A stretch of 64,000 bases of DNA from an uncultured Parachlamydiaceae bacterium (GTDB lineage Bacteria; Chlamydiota; Chlamydiia; Chlamydiales; Parachlamydiaceae). The stretch is from assembly GCA_963752155.1 (NCBI GenBank), contig CAVVXH010000002.1, positions 224,001-288,000 of the forward strand. The letters are read 5' to 3'. Shown one piece after another: positions 39,842 through 50,511 of this stretch. Each line of letters starts with the position of its first letter. Position 1 is the stretch's first letter. The notes beneath the pieces were generated by a model. It was not told the DNA's origin. It ran no database searches and saw nothing but the letters and a program-made list of their open reading frames with translations. A program made the position numbers and the translations under genes.

Positions 39842-40085
39842 ATAATCCTTGCGTTGCAGCGGCGTAAAAATCATCAAGGCGAAAATCCATGTTAATTTAT
39901 GGCCAAATGTCCCCAATAATATAAGTTTTGGCCACTTATCATCGATAATCGGCCAAAACGTGTGGTTTTTTGATAGTTATGGCCACTTATCATCAATATT
40001 ATCCTGCAGAGGTCTCCAATATTGTTTCTCTTCAATTCCTAGCATTTGTTTACATTTGGAGAGGCAATCTTCATGTTTGCTGACA

Positions 40086-41621
40086 TTATCTTAATTCAAA
40101 ATAAGGAATTTTCATGATTTCATTTAAAGTAGGATATATATTCGATTTCTGTAGCACTTCAAGTCTTCCATTGAATTTGCTAATTATGGAGATCATAGCC
40201 AAGTTTAATGACATAAACATTTTACTCATTTTGTGATTATCACTTATTGACTCATTTTTCATTTGATGTAATGAACGAGCTACTTCATACGCTTGGTCCA
40301 TTATATTCGTAAGTTTTTGTCTAACTACCGTAAATTCATTATCTTCACAGTTTAACTTTATTTCGTTTATTTTTAATTTCAAATTTTTTAATTCAAACAT
40401 TTTTTCGTAAAATGACTTAAATTGTTCCCTTTTTTGGGGCCAATTCTGAATTTTATTTATTTTCGTATCAATTTTGGAGCTAATCTCTGAAAACATACCT
40501 ATGCTTTCTTTTTTCAACTCTTCGATTTCTTCATCAGCAAATTTTTCATATTCAGCAATATCATTAAAATTTTTCATCTTTTTAAAAGCTTCGGCAGATT
40601 GCTTTAAAACTCTAGAAATTAATTCATTTTGCATAGAAAGAATATGTTCGTCTATAGCCTTATTGATTTTTGATGTGTGATAATTTCCATCATTTAGCTT
40701 TAAATTATTAACTCGATTGATTTGCTCTTTGCATTTTTCTTTAAAGACATTAAGATCTTGAATTTTCTTTAACTCTTCAAAGTTTATAATTTCATTTTTT
40801 AGTTTTTTGTCTGAAAGAAAGCAGTTAGCCTCTAAAATACAGTCAGCGATCTTTGTATTAGAAGTTATACATTGGTAGCTGGGATCGGGAGTTTTAATGA
40901 TTGACGAACTTAGATTTTTAATTTCATCATTTATTCGTTTCTCTAATTCATTTAAATCATTTATAGCCTTAATTTGAATAAAATCTCTTGTAAATTTGTT
41001 AGTGCATATTTTTGCTAAATTAATTTTGAATTCAATGATAAGATCTTTTATTTTGTCTCTTATGTCTACAGCTTGGCTGGAAGAACAATTTTTATTTAAG
41101 TTGGCTAAAAGAGTTTCTAGTTTTTGAACTTCTAGTAAAAAAATATCTTTAAATTCTGCTACATCGCTAGATCTATATATTTTAAAAAGGCATTCTCTTG
41201 ATTCTTCGATTTGAAGATCTGTCTCTTTACAAAGTTGTTTTATAGCATTCCCTTCAGAAGATTGAATACTATTTGAAATAATTTTAGGAGCACTTATGTC
41301 CTCACCGTCATTTTGAGAATTTTTTTGATCTAATAGAACTCTTTCTTCGTCTAAAAGTTTCAGCTGGCAGATTCTTTCGTTTCTAGCGCGATGAGCTAAG
41401 AAATGAAAAGTAATTAGTGAAATTAAAGCAATAGACTTAAATCCCAAAGTGGCCGGAAATGCTATAGAGCCGAACGTAACCGCGCCCACACTTAGCAAAA
41501 TAGACAATGCGACAACTTTTACTTTGGTGAATATACTTAAAGATGTTATTTTTTGATGGTTATCGTCAGTTTTAAAACGAATTGAAAATGGACTAGTAAG
41601 ACTAGATATTATATTAGTCAT
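40086..41621 (-). CDS. Inc-like protein (bilobed hydrophobic segment and long coiled coil)
   Basis: VVALSILLSVGAVTFGSIAFPATLGFKSIALISLITFHFLA, then charged helical region; Ser-rich N-terminus. Confidence 0.55.
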   Translation of the reverse strand: MTNIISSLTSPFSIRFKTDDNHQKITSLSIFTKVKVVALSILLSVGAVTFGSIAFPATLGFKSIALISLITFHFLAHRARNERICQLKLLDEERVLLDQKNSQNDGEDISAPKIISNSIQSSEGNAIKQLCKETDLQIEESRECLFKIYRSSDVAEFKDIFLLEVQKLETLLANLNKNCSSSQAVDIRDKIKDLIIEFKINLAKICTNKFTRDFIQIKAINDLNELEKRINDEIKNLSSSIIKTPDPSYQCITSNTKIADCILEANCFLSDKKLKNEIINFEELKKIQDLNVFKEKCKEQINRVNNLKLNDGNYHTSKINKAIDEHILSMQNELISRVLKQSAEAFKKMKNFNDIAEYEKFADEEIEELKKESIGMFSEISSKIDTKINKIQNWPQKREQFKSFYEKMFELKNLKLKINEIKLNCEDNEFTVVRQKLTNIMDQAYEVARSLHQMKNESISDNHKMSKMFMSLNLAMISIISKFNGRLEVLQKSNIYPTLNEIMKIPYFELR

Positions 41622-41709
41622 TTGGTTACCTCTTTTTTTACAACCATATCATAATTTATATAAAGTTATCAAGGAATATCTAATTTAATGTTAGCGCAAG
41701 TCACTGCCT

Positions 41710-42573
41710 TTATTCTTTTAAATAATTATCCATTTTTCCAAGAACTTGAAGAAATAACTCTTTTCCCCATGCAGCTAACGTGTGCTGTTCTCTCAAAACA
41801 ACAAATTTTTCCACGTCTTTCTTTGCTATTTCCCAATCAATAGAATTGATTTTTTTTCTTAGATGATCGATTACCCACTCTTCCGAAATGGGGACGACAC
41901 TCCTCTGATAAGGTCCACATTGCTCTAAAGCAGCTTTAAGAAGCATCGAATTTATCTTGGTTTTTTTTTGGACATACCACAGAAAATCATACCAATCTCT
42001 CCCTTTAATGTACTCTCTGCATAATAGAGCGTGACATTTTCTGGCAAATAAACTTTCAATATCCTGAGTGACAATCGAAAAGGGATAAGGATATTGCAAA
42101 TAATGCGTATTGTAAGAACTTCCTGATGGTGGGTTTATGTCGATTTCAAGCTTAATTAAAATTTTTTGAATGTCTGATTGGCGTCTATTAAACTTTAAAT
42201 TGAGAACCTGCCCGAAGGAATCTTCTTTTAAAAAGGCTTTCTTAACACTCCCTTCAATTTGAGTGCGATCCACGGCTTCACAATGTAAACCAAATGATTC
42301 AAATTCCGTTTGAATAGCGGATAAATAGGAGTCCCATTTAAATCCTTGTGAAGGGAATGTAAGCACAAAATCTAAATCTTCTGAAAACCGTCGTAACTGA
42401 TAAAGAATGCGAAGACAAGTTCCTCCTTGAAATGCTGCATGCTTAAAAAAATCAGCTCTGGAAAGTCCTGCCAAGGCGATCTCTTGGCAAATTTCTTTAA
42501 TTGCGTTTTCTTCTTCAATTTTGGATTGAATCGAATATTCCTTTAATCGCTCCTGAATAATTTCCAGTGTCAT
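41710..42573 (-). CDS. AbiEii-family nucleotidyltransferase toxin (type IV TA)
   Basis: FQGGTCLRI, RRFSEDLDF, IKLEID, KGRDWYD. Confidence 0.92.
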   Translation of the reverse strand: MTLEIIQERLKEYSIQSKIEEENAIKEICQEIALAGLSRADFFKHAAFQGGTCLRILYQLRRFSEDLDFVLTFPSQGFKWDSYLSAIQTEFESFGLHCEAVDRTQIEGSVKKAFLKEDSFGQVLNLKFNRRQSDIQKILIKLEIDINPPSGSSYNTHYLQYPYPFSIVTQDIESLFARKCHALLCREYIKGRDWYDFLWYVQKKTKINSMLLKAALEQCGPYQRSVVPISEEWVIDHLRKKINSIDWEIAKKDVEKFVVLREQHTLAAWGKELFLQVLGKMDNYLKE

Positions 42574-43206
42574 GCCGTATATAGTTCCATATAAAATTGA
42601 TTAAGAATTTTTCGCGTTCGTAAGCTGGAATAGTTTTCTGAAAGATAGCGAAGAAGTTCTATGTTTGAAGAAGTTAGGGTTTCCCGTTCTATTCGTAGAT
42701 CTTCCGAGAATTGGGTCAAATTTTCCCATGTTTTATAACGACTATAGATCATATCCGCAACGGCTTTCCATGGCTGAGCGATCAAATAACAGCCACTATC
42801 CTCTTGGACATAATGAAGTCCCATAGAAAAGGCGTCAATAGGGATATGCTCAAAGGAGAAAATACCAATCGGCGTGGTGACTGACTTCCCTTTTTTGCTG
42901 CATGCGCTCGAGATTACGTATACGGCTTCAGGAATCCATCCATAATAACTTAATGCCGATTCGAAACTAACATAGGATGGGCCCCAAATGAGTTGAGCTA
43001 ATTCGAATGTGTCCGGAAGTTTTTGCCTAAATGCTTGAGTAATAAGATAGACATCATTGCGCAATCTTATGAGTATTCCTTCCTTATAGGATCTCTTAAT
43101 GATTGCGTGACGAGAGTCGTAACTTTTTAAGAATAACGGACAAATCAGTGCCGGTGATATAACTTTTAGGCCATTTTATCAGTAATTCAATTAAATCTCT
43201 TTTCAT
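42570..43206 (-). CDS. AbiEi-family antitoxin, with an apparent frameshift near 43125
   Basis: ATG 43206 MKRDLIELLIKWPKSYITGTDL, shift in an A run, then SRHAIIKR...LIRLRNDVY...PSYVSFESALSYYGWIPE; inverted repeat attgtca/tgacaat upstream. Confidence 0.82.
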
Positions 43207-43684
43207 TTTTTCTCCTAAAATTGTCAAAAAGTGACAATCTCTGTCCTAAAAATAAGATTTCTTAAATTTTATGTCAAACTTTAAAAGTTTTGAATTTTTG
43301 GTCGGATGAATCATCCTTGCATTGCAGTGGCGTAAAAATCATCAAGACAAACCTCCGTCACGACCTTTTGAGGAGTTATGGTTTTCCCCATTGGTAAAGA
43401 TTTTTAGGAAGATGATAACGGTAATAGATTTCACGAAATGCTTTTTCAAATAAGTCATCTCCTGGGGCATTAAAAGGAACAATGACCCTATCTTGATAAT
43501 TTATTCGTTCTCATGGAGGTATTTGAATACCTGGAAATTTGTGGGATCGGCGAGCAAAAGCTTTCAGAATTAAGGCTTGAGGCTGGCGTAGATATATTCT
43601 TAATTTATTAATGTGATCAATGATCATATCTCCGCTCTCGAAAAATACGCTAGAAAAACCCAAGTGAAGTATCTAGAGATCCTA

Positions 43685-43999
43685 TTTCGACCAAAACCTT
43701 TTCCAGATCCAAAATATGTGACTTCTAAAAATTTTTGGAGTGCGCGTGGCTTTGCCACCGCAGAACGCAGCCTCTATACGAGTCATGCCGGCAGACGTAG
43801 CCTCGATAGAACTCAAGCAAGTTTTCTAAACCGCTACAACAAAGGAGAATTCAAATTGTAACAACGATAGTATGAGTTAATGGAGGCAACGTCTACCGGC
43901 AGACTCGTATAGAGGCTGCGTTCTGCGGTGGCAAAGCCACGCGCACTCCAAAAATTTTTTGGATGTTATGATCAAAGATGCATACTTAATTAGAAGTCA
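43685..43999. repeat. Palindromic element family B, copy 2
   Basis: Same arms and loop as copy 1. Confidence 0.95.
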
Positions 44000-44020
44000 G
44001 ATACCTGTAAGATCCCTTAG

Positions 44021-44167
44021 CTAGAACGTAAAAAAGAGGTTTTTCAGCGTATTACAGGCACTAAAAAAACTATATTTATTACGATGATAACACCTTACGG
44101 AGTTGTAAAAAATGAACACTCTATTGGTCTTATTGATCAGCAGCTTACAATGGATGATTTGTTTTAA
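44021..44167 (+). pseudogene. Orphan 3' end of another ATPase/PD-(D/E)XK gene
   Basis: LERKKEVFQRITGTKKTIFITMITPYGVVKNEHSIGLIDQQLTMDDLF stop; no start, abuts family B copy 2. Confidence 0.6.
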
Positions 44168-44180
44168 GACGGTATGAACT

Positions 44181-44807
44181 CTATTGTTCCACACCATCAG
44201 GCTCTTGTTCACATGGACATGGGCACGAAGTTAATGCGTCTTTTTTTAAATCTACGATGATAACATCTTCATACTCATGTATGTCAGATAAATTACTACA
44301 CAGCCCCAAAGTAATCCACATGTCGTAAATCATTTCTTTATCTTTCTTATCCCATGATGAAATGTGCCTAACTATCTGATGTTTCTTTGTATATTCATAT
44401 TTTGGTAAAGATGGATCTAGTGAATTATATAAATCATAATCTTCCAGTCCTTTCTCTTTATTATCTACCATTGAATGACAGCACCAACGAAACTTTACAG
44501 CTTCGCAAAGGTCTTTTTTCAAAATTGTTGGGCAATTAATTGCAATATTCAAGTCCTGAATAGCTTTGTGCCATTCTCTTTTTTGCATATGTGCTTTTGC
44601 TCGATCTATAAAAATAAATATATGAGATTGTTCGTTCTCATTTTCATTTTGTATAGCATCTATAGCCAATGTGAATTTATAGATTGCTTGATTAAAGTCG
44701 TTAGCCTTATGATGATTAAGCCCTGAAATCCAATGTCCTTCCCATGTATCAACATCTGCACAGGCATTAGCACATAATAAAACGCACATTAACAATATTC
44801 TTTTCAT
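44181..44807 (-). CDS. Secreted TPR-like protein
   Basis: Signal peptide MKRILLMCVLLCANACA; AIYKFTLAI, RAKAHM...KAIQDLNIAI. Confidence 0.7.
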   Translation of the reverse strand: MKRILLMCVLLCANACADVDTWEGHWISGLNHHKANDFNQAIYKFTLAIDAIQNENENEQSHIFIFIDRAKAHMQKREWHKAIQDLNIAINCPTILKKDLCEAVKFRWCCHSMVDNKEKGLEDYDLYNSLDPSLPKYEYTKKHQIVRHISSWDKKDKEMIYDMWITLGLCSNLSDIHEYEDVIIVDLKKDALTSCPCPCEQEPDGVEQ

Positions 44808-45078
44808 ATTTCCTTTTGGTGTTTATTTTTTTGAATTCAATGTTTTCAAAACTCCTCGTCATGCTGAATGTGTACGCCACTTGCGTACGACTATCATGAA
44901 TTCTTCAAACAATAACTTCTATAAATGGAGGTCGATCTCTTCATTCATCATTCGCTTTTATTGTTATCATCTGATCAATTGCTTGTACAGGAAAATTTCA
45001 TGAAAGCCATTCCTGCTGCGCGGGAAATAAGTTTTTTAGAGCTTATTCTTTCAATTATAATATTAACCCTCAAACTAA

Positions 45079-45472
45079 CCGACCAAAACCTTGCCATTTC
45101 TCCCCCCCCCCCATTTCCGGATCCAAAATACGTGACTTCTAATTAAGTATGCACCTTTGATCATAACATCCAAAAAATTTTTGGAGTGCGCGTGGCTTTG
45201 CCACCGCAGAACGTAGCCTCTATACGAGTCATGCCGGTAGACGTAGCCTCGATAGAACTCAAGCAAGTTTTCTAAACCGCTACAACAAAGGAGAATTCAA
45301 ATTGTAACAACGATAGTATGAGTTAATGGAGGCAACGTCTACCGGCATGACTCGTATAGAGGCTCCGTTCTGCGGTGGCAAAGCCACGCGCACTCCAAAA
45401 ATTTTTTAGAAGTCACATATTTTGGATCCCATCAGAAATGGGGGGAAGAAATGACAAAGATTTTGGTCAAAA
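45079..45472. repeat. Palindromic element family B, copy 3 (most complete outer arms); family A fragment follows at 45492-45517
   Basis: gaccaaaaccttgccatttct / agaaatgacaaagattttggtc outer arms plus the common core. Confidence 0.95.
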
Positions 45473-45555
45473 ACGTCGTTTCGTTTCTCCCCAGGTCAGG
45501 CACCACTGGCAAGCCGCGAATTTAGAGCACAAAAAAATCAAACGTTAAATCTCTT

Positions 45556-48500
45556 TTATGAAAGCAACTCTTTGGAAACAGCAGAAAAAAGTGTCTCTGA
45601 AATAGGTTGCCAATGTTGATAGAGTTCCTCTGTTGTTGGGAGTTGTTGCCGGTCACGAAATAACCAGAGGGCGTAATCGTTGTACAGTGATGAAAAGGCC
45701 GAGCCCTCCAAGCTTGAACGCATACTTTTAGCAAAATGATCAGGATCGCCTTTTAAGAGATCTGGAACCCATTCAGGAATCATCGGAGAGGGTGATTGCA
45801 TGCCAGTAAAGTAATAATCTAAAAACAGTGTCATCTGTAATCCAATCTCATCCAGAGGGAATATAAAAGGCTTTACATCTTTGGACGAGATCAATTGAGG
45901 CTTAATCGAGAGATCAAATTTTTTAATTGCCAAACATAAGATCAAGTACTGTGGCCATACTTTAAGAATGCTCACTAAGTCTCGCTTCTGGTGAACAATA
46001 AGGCCTTGCAAAGAAACCTCTTTAAGAGTCCCCACAATTTTAATATGTTTGTATCGTTCACTGAAATCTAGATATAAAGGAGGAATCTCCCATCCTCCAT
46101 CTTTATCTAACATTGGCCTTTCGCAATGTTCAGACAAAATAAGAGGTCGGATTTTCAAAGGCTCAACCTGATTTTGAGCAAAGTTAAGGTGCATTTTATC
46201 GATCTCGTCGATCATCCCTTCAGATGAAAGCTTTTTAAAGAGTCCTCTTGGAAGCTTTCCTGTTTTAGAGGCCTTGTTTAGAAGGTTTAGGGCAGGTATC
46301 TTGATTCCTTCCATTCTAAGTTGATACTTATCTAAGCCATTTAAGGAGAAAGGTTCTTCATTGTGGATCTGATTGCGGTCACTGGCATCGAGATAGATAT
46401 TTAAGGATTTGTTGAAGTACGCTTTTAGAGGGTTTGCAGCAAAATTCCCTAGCTCTTTTACAGTCAACACATCCTTATCAATGACGGAGTGATCCCTGGA
46501 ATTTAAAACAGAGAAATTTGGGATAAAGCGGTGAGCATTTTTCTTACTTTTTTGGTAGTGGGCTTGCGCTAAGCGATAATGGTTTTGGATGTAAGTCGGG
46601 AAAAGAGTATTTGAAAAATACCTTCGATTGAATGAATCGAAAGGATGTTTGTGCACACAATGGTTTGAGGGCACTTTGTTGCCAAATTGATAGCCCGAAT
46701 CCAGATAACTTAGTAATTCTTGGACCAACAGAGAAGGGGAGAGTTCTCTAGAATCTTCAAATGAATATCCCACATAGGATAGTATAAAATAGCGGCGCGC
46801 AGACAAAAGGGCTTCTAGAAAAAGATATCGATCGAAGTCAGTTTGTGATGGAGAATAGTCTGCTTCAGGATGTATGTGCATTTCATTGAGTGAAAAGGGG
46901 ATTTCTTTTCGAGGGAAAGCCCCTTCATCCATGCCGATTAACACGACAATTTTAGCCGGTAAAGCTCTCATGGGAAGAAGTGAGCAGAATCGGACTCCCT
47001 GTAAATGAGCTTCACGATAGGAAGAGGCTTCATTTTTTAAAGATTTTTCAAGTTGGAAATGGATGGTTTCAAAAGAATAACATTCATCTTTGACTAAGTT
47101 CGCTGCTGAAGCTAATTTCCATAAGTGGCTCGATAGAGACGCATCGCACTTCCCTTCTTCTTTATTAGAGATGTCTACTTGAAGATAATTTTCTTTCAAT
47201 TTTTCCAAATAGGCAGCCCACTTCAGAAGTTCCATTTGGGTGCCGTTAGAAAGAGGTTTTAAATCTTTTTGTAGGTTTTTTATAAGAGAGATCCATTTAG
47301 CCAGCAGTTCAGCTTGTGAGGTCTCCATTTCGTCTATAGGTGGAACAAAACAATGCGTTTCATGATTGAGTCCTGCGGGTTCGATGGCTAATGCCGTCAC
47401 TAAACGACTCATGCTATATTCCCATGTGCCTGCCGGATTCGTATCGATGAGTTGACAGCTACCGTGGTCCCCTTCTAAGAGCTCGTTGCGGTGTTGGGTG
47501 CTCAGTCCCCAGTGAGCTCCAGACTGTTGTACCCATGTGCGGATCTGTTGGATGTCGTCTAGAGAAAAACCTTGTTTGCATTGGAATTCAGGATATTCAA
47601 GGAGCTGAAGCAAATCATCTGCCTCCCAGCGACTAGAAGCGAGCGATAATAAATGCAGAAAGCCTTGGAGTAACGAACTTTTGGCAAGTTGTTGCATTTC
47701 GACTATTTGAAAATCTAAATGGCTTTCTTCGGATCCGAAAATGCTACAGATCATCGATTCATAAAGCATGAGATCGGGCGCCATTACAATAATATCAGAA
47801 GGTGTGATGGGGTCCTCATCCTTGGCGTGCTTGGTTAAGAGATGGAGCAGGGTGTTATATAGGATTTCAATTTCACGATATTTTGTGTATGCAACATGAA
47901 TCTGTACAGAATGGTCATCTATTGAGAGTTGAATTTTCTCGTTCACATTTGCATTCCGTAAAAGCGTGATGTCACTTTGAACAGCTTGTAAAGTCATTAA
48001 TACAGAATCAGATTGATCTAGGATAATGTCCGAAGGGAGCTCATCAATATAGTGTGGTGTTGTTTGAACAGCGCCTGGGATTTGGTAGCATTCGACAATT
48101 TGATCTGTGCTAGTTTCGATTTTAAGAGACATCTCACGACCCATTCTGCCAAAATTAGCAAGCAAACGGTTGCGTTCGCGCAAAAACAATTCGAGTGCTT
48201 GTTGCTGGGGTTTTGAGATCCCTTTTTTTTCCCAATAACGCTGTAGCTTGATTTTTTCCTTATCAGAACAAATATCACTCCAGAATGTTTGACAAGGGGA
48301 AAAGACAAAATAATTTAAAGAAATCGCACAAGCAATTTCCGAGAAAAATTGATGCACGCAGTCAGGAATAAAGCTTAAGCCAAAAACATGGATTTGCATA
48401 TTCTTTAACGTCATTTTATTTGCTTGAATTTCCTTGCTGATCTGAGGAAGACGTTGATAGGCAAAACAAAGTTGAGGGTATTTGACTTTGAGATCTTTCC

Positions 48501-49035
48501 ATAGCTGTTCCTGCCAGCATTTAGAGAAGAGTGAATTTTCCCATGATTCCAGCATCTTGCACCCGTGTCGACCATATTGTAAAAACAAGCTGGACAATCT
48601 ACTACAAAGTGCAGTCAACCTCGACTGAGCTTTTTTGTTATTTTTCGAAGAGGTTCTTAAGTGATGGAAAAGAGGATTCCAAATAGCTTGTTCCTCTGTG
48701 TTAAGGTTTGAACGCAGTGCGATCTTTTTAGAGATAAGAACTTCAAGAATTAGAGAAAGCTCCATTTCATTTGGGATGAATTCATTGCGGTCGGCGTCTG
48801 TTGAAAGGCGAATGAGGTCAAGAGCGCGATCAAGATAGCAAATCTCAAGTCCTGCAGCAATATTACAATCCGGATCTGTTGCAAGTTTCAAGAGAAGCCA
48901 CGATTTCATAGCAGGACTTGGCACGATGATAAGACGCCGAGCAAATGGAGAACTGCTTTTTTTAAAGAGCTCTACTTTTAAGCCTTCATAGAGTATTTCT
49001 ACGCGGTTGCTGGAAAGAACATTTAATCGTTTCAT
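45556..49035 (-). CDS. recC: Exodeoxyribonuclease V gamma subunit
   Basis: SNRVEIL, IIVPSPAMKSWL, NRLLANFGRMGRE, DIIVMAPD, LLPMRALP, DRYLFLEALLSAR, HPFDSF. Confidence 0.93.
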   Translation of the reverse strand: MKRLNVLSSNRVEILYEGLKVELFKKSSSPFARRLIIVPSPAMKSWLLLKLATDPDCNIAAGLEICYLDRALDLIRLSTDADRNEFIPNEMELSLILEVLISKKIALRSNLNTEEQAIWNPLFHHLRTSSKNNKKAQSRLTALCSRLSSLFLQYGRHGCKMLESWENSLFSKCWQEQLWKDLKVKYPQLCFAYQRLPQISKEIQANKMTLKNMQIHVFGLSFIPDCVHQFFSEIACAISLNYFVFSPCQTFWSDICSDKEKIKLQRYWEKKGISKPQQQALELFLRERNRLLANFGRMGREMSLKIETSTDQIVECYQIPGAVQTTPHYIDELPSDIILDQSDSVLMTLQAVQSDITLLRNANVNEKIQLSIDDHSVQIHVAYTKYREIEILYNTLLHLLTKHAKDEDPITPSDIIVMAPDLMLYESMICSIFGSEESHLDFQIVEMQQLAKSSLLQGFLHLLSLASSRWEADDLLQLLEYPEFQCKQGFSLDDIQQIRTWVQQSGAHWGLSTQHRNELLEGDHGSCQLIDTNPAGTWEYSMSRLVTALAIEPAGLNHETHCFVPPIDEMETSQAELLAKWISLIKNLQKDLKPLSNGTQMELLKWAAYLEKLKENYLQVDISNKEEGKCDASLSSHLWKLASAANLVKDECYSFETIHFQLEKSLKNEASSYREAHLQGVRFCSLLPMRALPAKIVVLIGMDEGAFPRKEIPFSLNEMHIHPEADYSPSQTDFDRYLFLEALLSARRYFILSYVGYSFEDSRELSPSLLVQELLSYLDSGYQFGNKVPSNHCVHKHPFDSFNRRYFSNTLFPTYIQNHYRLAQAHYQKSKKNAHRFIPNFSVLNSRDHSVIDKDVLTVKELGNFAANPLKAYFNKSLNIYLDASDRNQIHNEEPFSLNGLDKYQLRMEGIKIPALNLLNKASKTGKLPRGLFKKLSSEGMIDEIDKMHLNFAQNQVEPLKIRPLILSEHCERPMLDKDGGWEIPPLYLDFSERYKHIKIVGTLKEVSLQGLIVHQKRDLVSILKVWPQYLILCLAIKKFDLSIKPQLISSKDVKPFIFPLDEIGLQMTLFLDYYFTGMQSPSPMIPEWVPDLLKGDPDHFAKSMRSSLEGSAFSSLYNDYALWLFRDRQQLPTTEELYQHWQPISETLFSAVSKELLS

Positions 49036-49508
49036 GTGGATGGATGTATTGATGATGTTGAAAGGAAATCAAGGAGTTGAGAATAGGTAGGTAAATAAGG
49101 GATAAAGCGATAGGTTTTCAATTCCGGATCAAACCATCCTGTTCGAATTTCATCTTGATTGACGAGGGCAATGAAATGGGCCTGTAAGTAATGGTTATAT
49201 CCGACAACCTGGTTTACCATCTTATCTGTTAACTTTATCGCTTTGCATTCGATTAATAATAAAGGATAGAGCTCCTCGGCAGAGTGAACCCCTTTAGCAT
49301 AACAGATCACATCTGCCCTACGCTGGGGCAACTTCTTGCCAAAACATCGAAGATGAGGAATTTGGGTCAGTTCCTTTTCGACAGCAATCAACGTTGCAGG
49401 GAACCCTAACTGATCGATTAGGTCACAAAGCAGCTGCACCCTTACTTGTTCTTCAGGAAGTGCAGATACAGCTGCTTTGCGTATAGGACATCTCAAAGTG
49501 AAGTTCAT
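49032..49508 (-). CDS. Stand-alone HsdR N-terminal-like PD-(D/E)XK protein
   Basis: PEEQVR, RRADVI, LLIECKA, QVVGYN. Confidence 0.8.
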   Translation of the reverse strand: MNFTLRCPIRKAAVSALPEEQVRVQLLCDLIDQLGFPATLIAVEKELTQIPHLRCFGKKLPQRRADVICYAKGVHSAEELYPLLLIECKAIKLTDKMVNQVVGYNHYLQAHFIALVNQDEIRTGWFDPELKTYRFIPYLPTYSQLLDFLSTSSIHPST

Positions 49509-49510
49509 GT

Positions 49511-50140
49511 TTACTCAGGTTCGATGATGCCAAGATGGCCGTCCTTACGACGATAGATGACCTTGAGTTTTCGATCTTCTTCTGAGCGAAAGACGATAAA
49601 CGGATCTCCGGAGAGCTCTATTTTCATAATAGCTTCATTTCGATTAAGCATCTTTAGAGGGCGACTCTCCTCGCTGACGATTTCGTGAGGAATATAATTT
49701 TCAATCAGTTTCGACGCATTTTCAGATAATATCTCATCGTTCAAGACATCAATTTCTTCCTCTGAAGCATAAATTTTTTCCTTGATGTTCACAGAGTTAT
49801 TTTTTTTAATCTGGTGGTCTTGGATACGTTGTTTGTAGCGACGCAATTGTGCCTTGAGTTTATCGACAGCTTTGTCGATGGATGCATACATATTATCGCT
49901 GGAAGCAGAGCTTCTGATGACAATAGAATCGACTTTTATCGTGATGTCAACCCGATGATCAAGCTTTTGAATATCCATTTCAACGAAGACATCAAGTACT
50001 CGGTCAAAATGGCGTTCAATTTTAGAGATTTTTTCAATCGCATATTTTTCCATTCCGTCAGTTATTTGAACGTTTCGTCCAGTAACTGTTATATCATAAG
50101 TATCGTCTATAAATTTTTCGGCAACGGCTTTGCGGCTCAT
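49511..50140 (-). CDS. hpf: Ribosome hibernation promoting factor (long HPF)
   Basis: ITVTGRNVQIT, MYASIDKAVDKL, VIYRRKDGHLGIIEP. Confidence 0.92.
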   Translation of the reverse strand: MSRKAVAEKFIDDTYDITVTGRNVQITDGMEKYAIEKISKIERHFDRVLDVFVEMDIQKLDHRVDITIKVDSIVIRSSASSDNMYASIDKAVDKLKAQLRRYKQRIQDHQIKKNNSVNIKEKIYASEEEIDVLNDEILSENASKLIENYIPHEIVSEESRPLKMLNRNEAIMKIELSGDPFIVFRSEEDRKLKVIYRRKDGHLGIIEPE

Positions 50141-50237
50141 AGATACCTCAATAACTAAGTTGGAATAAGGTCCTCTTTGGGCTTCGATCCGCCCAATGGA
50201 TTATTGTAAGTCTTTCTCCTCCCATAATTTTATGATA

Positions 50238-50447
50238 TCATTTTTTCTTTTTTTTGGGTTTCTCTTCACTCATCAAATTGATAGGTTTTGGACTTTTGAG
50301 AGATTTTTCTTTTTCCATCTCTTTTTTGGTTTTTTCAGATGAGGGGATGAAAAAAAGTTTTGGGATTCCTACTGGAGGAAGTGGGATTATACTAGGATCT
50401 TGTAAAACAAATTTATGATAATCATTGCTAAAAACAGGATCAACCAT
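50238..50447 (-). CDS. Small hypothetical protein
   Basis: 69 aa, GAGG RBS, co-oriented with neighbours. Confidence 0.5.
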   Translation of the reverse strand: MVDPVFSNDYHKFVLQDPSIIPLPPVGIPKLFFIPSSEKTKKEMEKEKSLKSPKPINLMSEEKPKKKKK

Positions 50448-50511
50448 AACATACCTCAGGTAGTGATAATTAAACCCTAGCTGTTATTTGTATTATATCA
50501 TATTTAACTTT

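Noticed and set aside
38827..39916. Several antisense ORFs over the MFS gene
   Set aside because: Expected from its high GC content
29500..45500. Prophage, ICE, integron or DGR as the explanation for the accessory region
   Set aside because: No integrase, transposase, reverse transcriptase, phage structural or conjugation genes seen, and no consistent attC-like sites
49032..49508. Type I restriction-modification system
   Set aside because: Only a stand-alone HsdR_N-like domain in the hpf-recC run; no hsdM, hsdS or helicase
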